Part shown: positions 28,063 through 32,000 of the stretch, one piece after another
Position numbering within the stretch: position 1 is the stretch's first letter
Layout of the letters: each line of letters begins with the position of its first letter
DNA from: Telmatocola sphagniphila
Lineage (GTDB): Bacteria > Planctomycetota > Planctomycetia > Gemmatales > Gemmataceae
Reading direction: 5' to 3'
NCBI RefSeq assembly: GCF_018398935.1
Contig: NZ_CP074694.1
Location: 2,400,001-2,432,000, forward strand
DNA length: 32,000 nucleotides
Notes under the pieces: model-generated
Databases searched by the model: none
What the model saw: the letters and a program-made list of their open reading frames with translations, nothing else
Told to the model about the DNA's origin: nothing
Program-made: the position numbers and the translations under genes

Positions 28063-29154
28063 CTACTTCGGAACGTACCCCTTCCACACCCACTCCAATG
28101 CGTGCGGCATAAACTGCGCCTGAGCATTTCCGACGCCGTGACCAGCCCCCCGACAGAAGAGATACTGGTAATCGTAGCCTTTCGCTTTCAGCACTTTCGC
28201 CATGCGATTATTCGCCTCCACCCAGTCGTGCATTTCATCCCGCATGGCGTTGGGATTCAACAGGTCAGCGTCCCCGACCGAGAGGAAAATTCGCAAGGGT
28301 TTCTTGGGAGAATTGGGAATGAGGGTCTCGTGGAAGCCCCAGGCTCCATCGGGATACTTCGGATCAAACGGCCAAGCCTGGTTCACGAAAGTCCCGGATG
28401 TGGTCAGAACGCGATGGTAAAGATCGGTTCGAAACCAGGCCATAATCAAAGCCGCGGATCCACCGGAGCTATTGCCCATCACGGCCCGGTGATCAGGATC
28501 TTTCGACAGCTTTATCTGATAATTTTTCTCGACGCGAGGCAGAACTTCGGTCTCGATATACTCGGCGTAATCGCCGTTCATATTGTCGTATTCTTTGCCT
28601 CGTTCGTGGCCCTGGGCATCCCCGCCGCCGTTGGCTACCCAGATGACAACAATTGGTGGAATTCGCTTTTGAGCGATCAAATTATCAAAAATGTGCAGCA
28701 ATTCAGCGCTCGGTTTACCGCCCGGACCATCATGGATGATTTGAAAAGGGGCCTCCTGGCCTGCCGGATGCTGAGCGGGGATGTAGACGGTAATTTTTCG
28801 TTTGTAGTCGATCGGGTGCGTTTCCACGAGTAACGTTTTCGGATTCTTTGGATCGACTTTCCCGAACTCCTTGCGGGCAATTCCCGGATTGAAAAGCTTG
28901 GTTTCCTTGGAGTTGATTTCGAATTGCTCCACCTTCCCTTGAGGCACCCCCTCGATGCGCTTGCGTTCCGGAGCGGCCGCATACTTCGGCCCAATAACAA
29001 AGTTATCGTTCGCATCCAGAGGAGGATTCTGCCCTTCTTTGAGGACAGTGAAAGGAGGCGCCCCCGGATCATCGAATTTGCGAACCGGTGGTGCCGCCCA
29101 CAGAGTGGAGCTGGCAAAAACCGCCAGCAAGGTAAGCATTCCCAACTTACGCAT
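28063..29154 (-). CDS. Secreted esterase (putative esterase/enterochelin-esterase-like alpha/beta hydrolase)
   Basis: GAGGGT lies upstream of ATG 29154. Signal peptide MRKLGMLTLLAVFASSTLWA. The nucleophile elbow is G-N-S-S-G-G in AVMGNSSGGSAALIMAW. The surrounding blocks (ITVYIP, PPIVVIWVANGGGD, YAEYIETEVLPRVEKNY, the C-terminal GAGHG) fit the PF00756-type esterase pattern. The ORF itself extends to 29187. Confidence 0.75.
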   Translation of the reverse strand: MRKLGMLTLLAVFASSTLWAAPPVRKFDDPGAPPFTVLKEGQNPPLDANDNFVIGPKYAAAPERKRIEGVPQGKVEQFEINSKETKLFNPGIARKEFGKVDPKNPKTLLVETHPIDYKRKITVYIPAQHPAGQEAPFQIIHDGPGGKPSAELLHIFDNLIAQKRIPPIVVIWVANGGGDAQGHERGKEYDNMNGDYAEYIETEVLPRVEKNYQIKLSKDPDHRAVMGNSSGGSAALIMAWFRTDLYHRVLTTSGTFVNQAWPFDPKYPDGAWGFHETLIPNSPKKPLRIFLSVGDADLLNPNAMRDEMHDWVEANNRMAKVLKAKGYDYQYLFCRGAGHGVGNAQAQFMPHALEWVWKGYVPK

Positions 29155-29257
29155 AAGACCCTCGTGACTTTCTTTAAATGAGCACATAGACGATCATCGA
29201 TCAGGACTGCGGTATCCTATTCGATTTCGAGAGAATCTGTAGTGCGGGGAACTTAGA

Positions 29258-29545
29258 CTAGTGACAGGAAACCGGCGTTTGCAATGTGAAAAAGAAGCAA
29301 ATAATTTGCCCGAGCATCACTATTTCAAGATTGTCACAGTCTCCTCCTATCAGGGATTCTTTAGGCATAATCCCATTTACTGCGTCGTCACTTAATAGCA
29401 GGAAAAATCCGATGAGTTCACCAGAAACAACTGCACCAGTCGCCACAATAGGGACACCGAGTAACCCCAGAGAAAATATAAAAAAACCGGGCCAACAGAG
29501 TGGGCGAGACTCCGTTGGCCCGGCAGAATCCTCCAGCTTAAGCAT
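29258..29545 (-). CDS. Hypothetical small hydrophobic protein, start overlapping the dabA stop (weak call)
   Basis: In ATGCTTAA at 29538..29545 (minus strand), the ATG of this ORF overlaps the TAA of dabA. The 95 codons include hydrophobic stretches (LCWPGFFIFSLGLLGVPIVATGAVV; IVMLGQIICFFFTL). No family was recognised. Composition is more AT-rich than the neighbouring genes, so it may be noncoding. Confidence 0.3.
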   Translation of the reverse strand: MLKLEDSAGPTESRPLCWPGFFIFSLGLLGVPIVATGAVVSGELIGFFLLLSDDAVNGIMPKESLIGGDCDNLEIVMLGQIICFFFTLQTPVSCH

Positions 29546-31781
29546 TAAGCTGCTGTAGTTCCCACTGACCGTCCCGATGTAACTGGTAGGCCCGGTTCTC
29601 GCTCGGCTCAATCACCACCAGATGCACCCAGCCGTTATAAAAGAGTTTTTGCAGCACGGGATTGCGTTCTATCAATTGGGTCAACCGCTCTCTCGGGGCG
29701 TAGACCACCGTTAACAGTCGAAGTGGTTCGTGAAAGGCTTGTTCGTCGGATCGATAAACCGACTGCAACGGCAGGCCGTGCATCAGATCGCTCGCATTGC
29801 CCTGCATGATGCCAAATTTCCCGATGACGTTCTTGGTCACTTTGCTGCCGCCGCCGTACGCGACATTGTTCCAGGTCGAAAATAAATATTGGTTATTGAT
29901 CCATTGCCCGACCACCATCGGTGCGGTCAAAATGGTACTAAGAAATTTGGCATCGCCATCGTGTTTCCAGTCGTAGGAGTGCAGAAAACACCGACCTTCC
30001 AGCTTCAACTGACTGGTCAACTCCCGCGGCCCGACGACAAATGCCGCATTGCGAGCCAACCCCCATTCTGGACGAACCTCCGACCAGTCGCAACTGCGAC
30101 GGGAGGCATTCGCGTTGCTGGAAGGATAATTCGAAGCTGCCACCAAAGAAGAACTGCGAGCGTTCGCGTTCAGAACTCGAGCTTTCTCCAGATTCTTGCG
30201 CAGCTTCGCGACGAGATCGCTAACAGACAGCGGATATTTTTCGTCGTAAATCACCACTTCATCCGTCGTAGTGTTGTGTTCCGCGGCCAGGAACCAGGTA
30301 TGACCGGGGATGGTGATTCCCTTGTCCAGTAAGCCAGAGCGAACTTTCGCCGTGTTTAACATCTTTACCAGGGTCTTGGCATTAAAACCGCCATGATTGC
30401 CACCGCACGCTCCGCAATCGAGCGCGGTGGCGTAGGCATTGTTTCGGGTTTCGCTGCCATGACCACACATTACAATCAACAGGGAAAAATTTTCCGTCAG
30501 CCCCATCATTCGTAACGCCGATTCGCAATAATCGATTTGCTGGCTTAAGTTGATTGATTCCAAACTCACTTTGGTGGCCGGTTTCGAAACAACTGCCTTC
30601 ATCGCTTTTTGGAGTGTGTCGCGATAGAGCTTAGGTGTGAAGGTTCGGGCCAGCATCTGCAGCCCCAGCCAGGGGCCGATCATTTCCACAAGGGCAAAGG
30701 GAGTGGAAAAATTATACTTGAGCGTTGGGTAGTACGACTTCACCGCATTCCAGAAGGATCGTCGCTGAACGGATCGCGTCACCAAAAGTGCAGCTTTATC
30801 CACCGGCTCCTCGTGCACTTCATAGCACGGCTTGAGAAGCACTGGGCAGGAATCGAAAGCTTCCTCCTTCTCCCAGGATTTCGCACGAATCGGTAATCCG
30901 AAAAAACCGGCAAAGCCGAAGGTTTGATAGTTCCCCTGAGCTTCGATCGCCCGCCGGAAAGGTTCCGATCGAACATCGATACAGAAAATCAACTGTGCTT
31001 CGGCGTGCGAAGCTTTCTTGCGTTCTAGAAAGTGCGACTCGTGTACTAGATCGACGAGTAATTGATTACGGAAGCGATCCTCGGCTTGGATGATTTTCTC
31101 GAATTCGGCCGATGGAAGGTCGAACTCTTGCTTCAAGACGCAGGCCTCGGGCCAGATCGCAAGGGTGATAATCAGTCGTACCGCCAGATATTCAGTCAAC
31201 GTGATCAGATTTGCCAGCCCTTCGCACGCATTCCGCCAGTGTGTACGCCATTGAATATAGCCAGCCCAACCAGTCAGCGCGGCGAGATTTTGCCTGAGAA
31301 ATTCTTCGTGATCTTCCTCGAGTATTCTCAACTTCGCCAGACTCTGTTCGATGGCCGCTTCCGGATTTTCGGGAAGCTTTTTCAACCAGTCAGTCACCGA
31401 AGGATTTTATTTCAGTTGACGATCATATTTCGCCAAATCGACGAAAGTTCTGTAAAAGCCGCGTTCCCGATTCGGCATCGCGATCGCTGCCTGTCCCTCA
31501 TCCAGAAATGCGGCGAGCCATTTGATTATTTCTCGATTAACTGCCTCCCGGCCGGATATCGCCAACTTGCCCAAGCTATGATATCCGGTGGATTTTTTGA
31601 CTGCCTCCTCGAAAGGAAGATCTTCAAGCTCAAGCAATGGATTGCAGGCAATAATGGTTTTCAGTGGCCAGACCGGCGCAAGCACATTCGCCGCTCTCGA
31701 AATTTTTTCCGAAAGAGGCACCGACGATCGGTCACTCGAAAGTGTCAGGTTAGGTTTCTCAAGTTTCAGCATAATGCCCAT
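29538..31781 (-). pseudogene. dabA: DabA (DUF2309/UPF0753) inorganic-carbon pump subunit, interrupted by an in-frame TAA at 31407..31409
   Basis: ATG 31781 has AAGGAA 5 nt upstream. The N-terminal 124 codons contain APVWPLKTIIACNPL and FLDEGQAAIAMPNRERGFY. Next come TAA, then N-P-S and the 619-codon ORF 29538..31397 in the same frame. That ORF has CIDVR (30969..30983), GHGSETRNNAYATALDCGACGGNHGG, and DUF2309-type C-terminal blocks (LTAPMVVGQWINNQYLFS, YGGGSKVTKNV). Confidence 0.8.
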
Positions 31782-31792
31782 CGGCGTTCCTT

Positions 31793-32000
31793 TTAGTAGT
31801 GGTATTGAGCCCGGACGTTGGTGATGGTGTGTGGACTGGGCTGACTCGAATTCAGCGCGGACATGTACAGGCGTTTCCAAAGTTCCGTGTTTTGAAACCG
31901 TTGAATTCCATTCAAGTTCATGAATAACCAGATCATCCCAATGAAACCAAATCCGGTAACATAGCAGACATCGAGTGGCTGCGGCGTCATCAGATGCAAC
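31793..32000 (-). CDS. dabB: C-terminal end of a DabB-like (NuoL/MnhA-type proton-conducting membrane subunit) protein; partial, continues beyond the window
   Basis: The frame is open to the window edge. It has a hydrophobic segment (VCYVTGFGFIGMIWLFM) and stops 11 nt before the dabA start. The assignment rests mainly on the conserved dabB-dabA pairing, because only ~68 residues are visible. Confidence 0.45.
   Translation of the reverse strand, partial: LHLMTPQPLDVCYVTGFGFIGMIWLFMNLNGIQRFQNTELWKRLYMSALNSSQPSPHTITNVRAQYHY

Noticed and set aside
28102-28833. 243-codon plus-strand ORF opposite the esterase gene, and the 244-codon plus-strand ORF 31062..31796 opposite dabA
   Set aside because: The opposite strand encodes recognisable families (the GNSSGG esterase elbow; DabA motifs). 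These translations are low-complexity and Arg-rich.
1-32000. CRISPR arrays, rRNA, tRNA, tmRNA and obvious defence or toxin-antitoxin modules
   Set aside because: A visual scan of both strands found no regularly spaced direct repeats, no conserved RNA-gene motifs, and no recognisable defence or TA gene pairs.

Overview
Chromosomal window with the gene content typical of Planctomycetota: a DUF1559 prepilin-type H-X9-DG protein, a PSCyt1-DUF1549-DUF1553 + DUF1501 pair, a DUF1587/1592/1595/1588/1585-type + DUF1552 pair, and long intergenic spacers. I can support about 20 protein genes and found no rRNA, tRNA or CRISPR. In order, the window holds: a partial PH-like membrane protein; an orphan ACP-like protein; a secreted NlpC/P60-like hydrolase; a membrane-anchored four-EF-hand protein; an RND efflux pair (adaptor plus an unusually long permease, no outer-membrane factor); the DUF1559 protein with a small lipoprotein; the two heme-motif giant-protein modules; a DUF3592 gene; a ThuA-like gene; a DHA2-type MFS transporter; a YaiI/UPF0178 protein; a secreted sugar-phosphate isomerase/epimerase-fold protein; a secreted esterase; and a DabB-DabA (DAB) inorganic-carbon pump locus that runs off the 3' end. 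The main observation is that three unrelated genes carry independent inactivating lesions. The ThuA-like gene is split by a 1292-bp ISAs1-family IS with intact inverted repeats and a 10-bp target duplication. The DUF3592 gene has an in-frame TGA. dabA has an in-frame TAA, yet keeps all its predicted beta-carbonic-anhydrase-like zinc ligands. Other points of interest are a ~73-residue hydrophobic insertion in the RND permease and a CARCH-x-H-x-FDPI motif shared by both giant heme-motif proteins. A 13-nt motif is also repeated in a 757-nt noncoding leader. All family calls come from motif recognition by eye; no database search was run.
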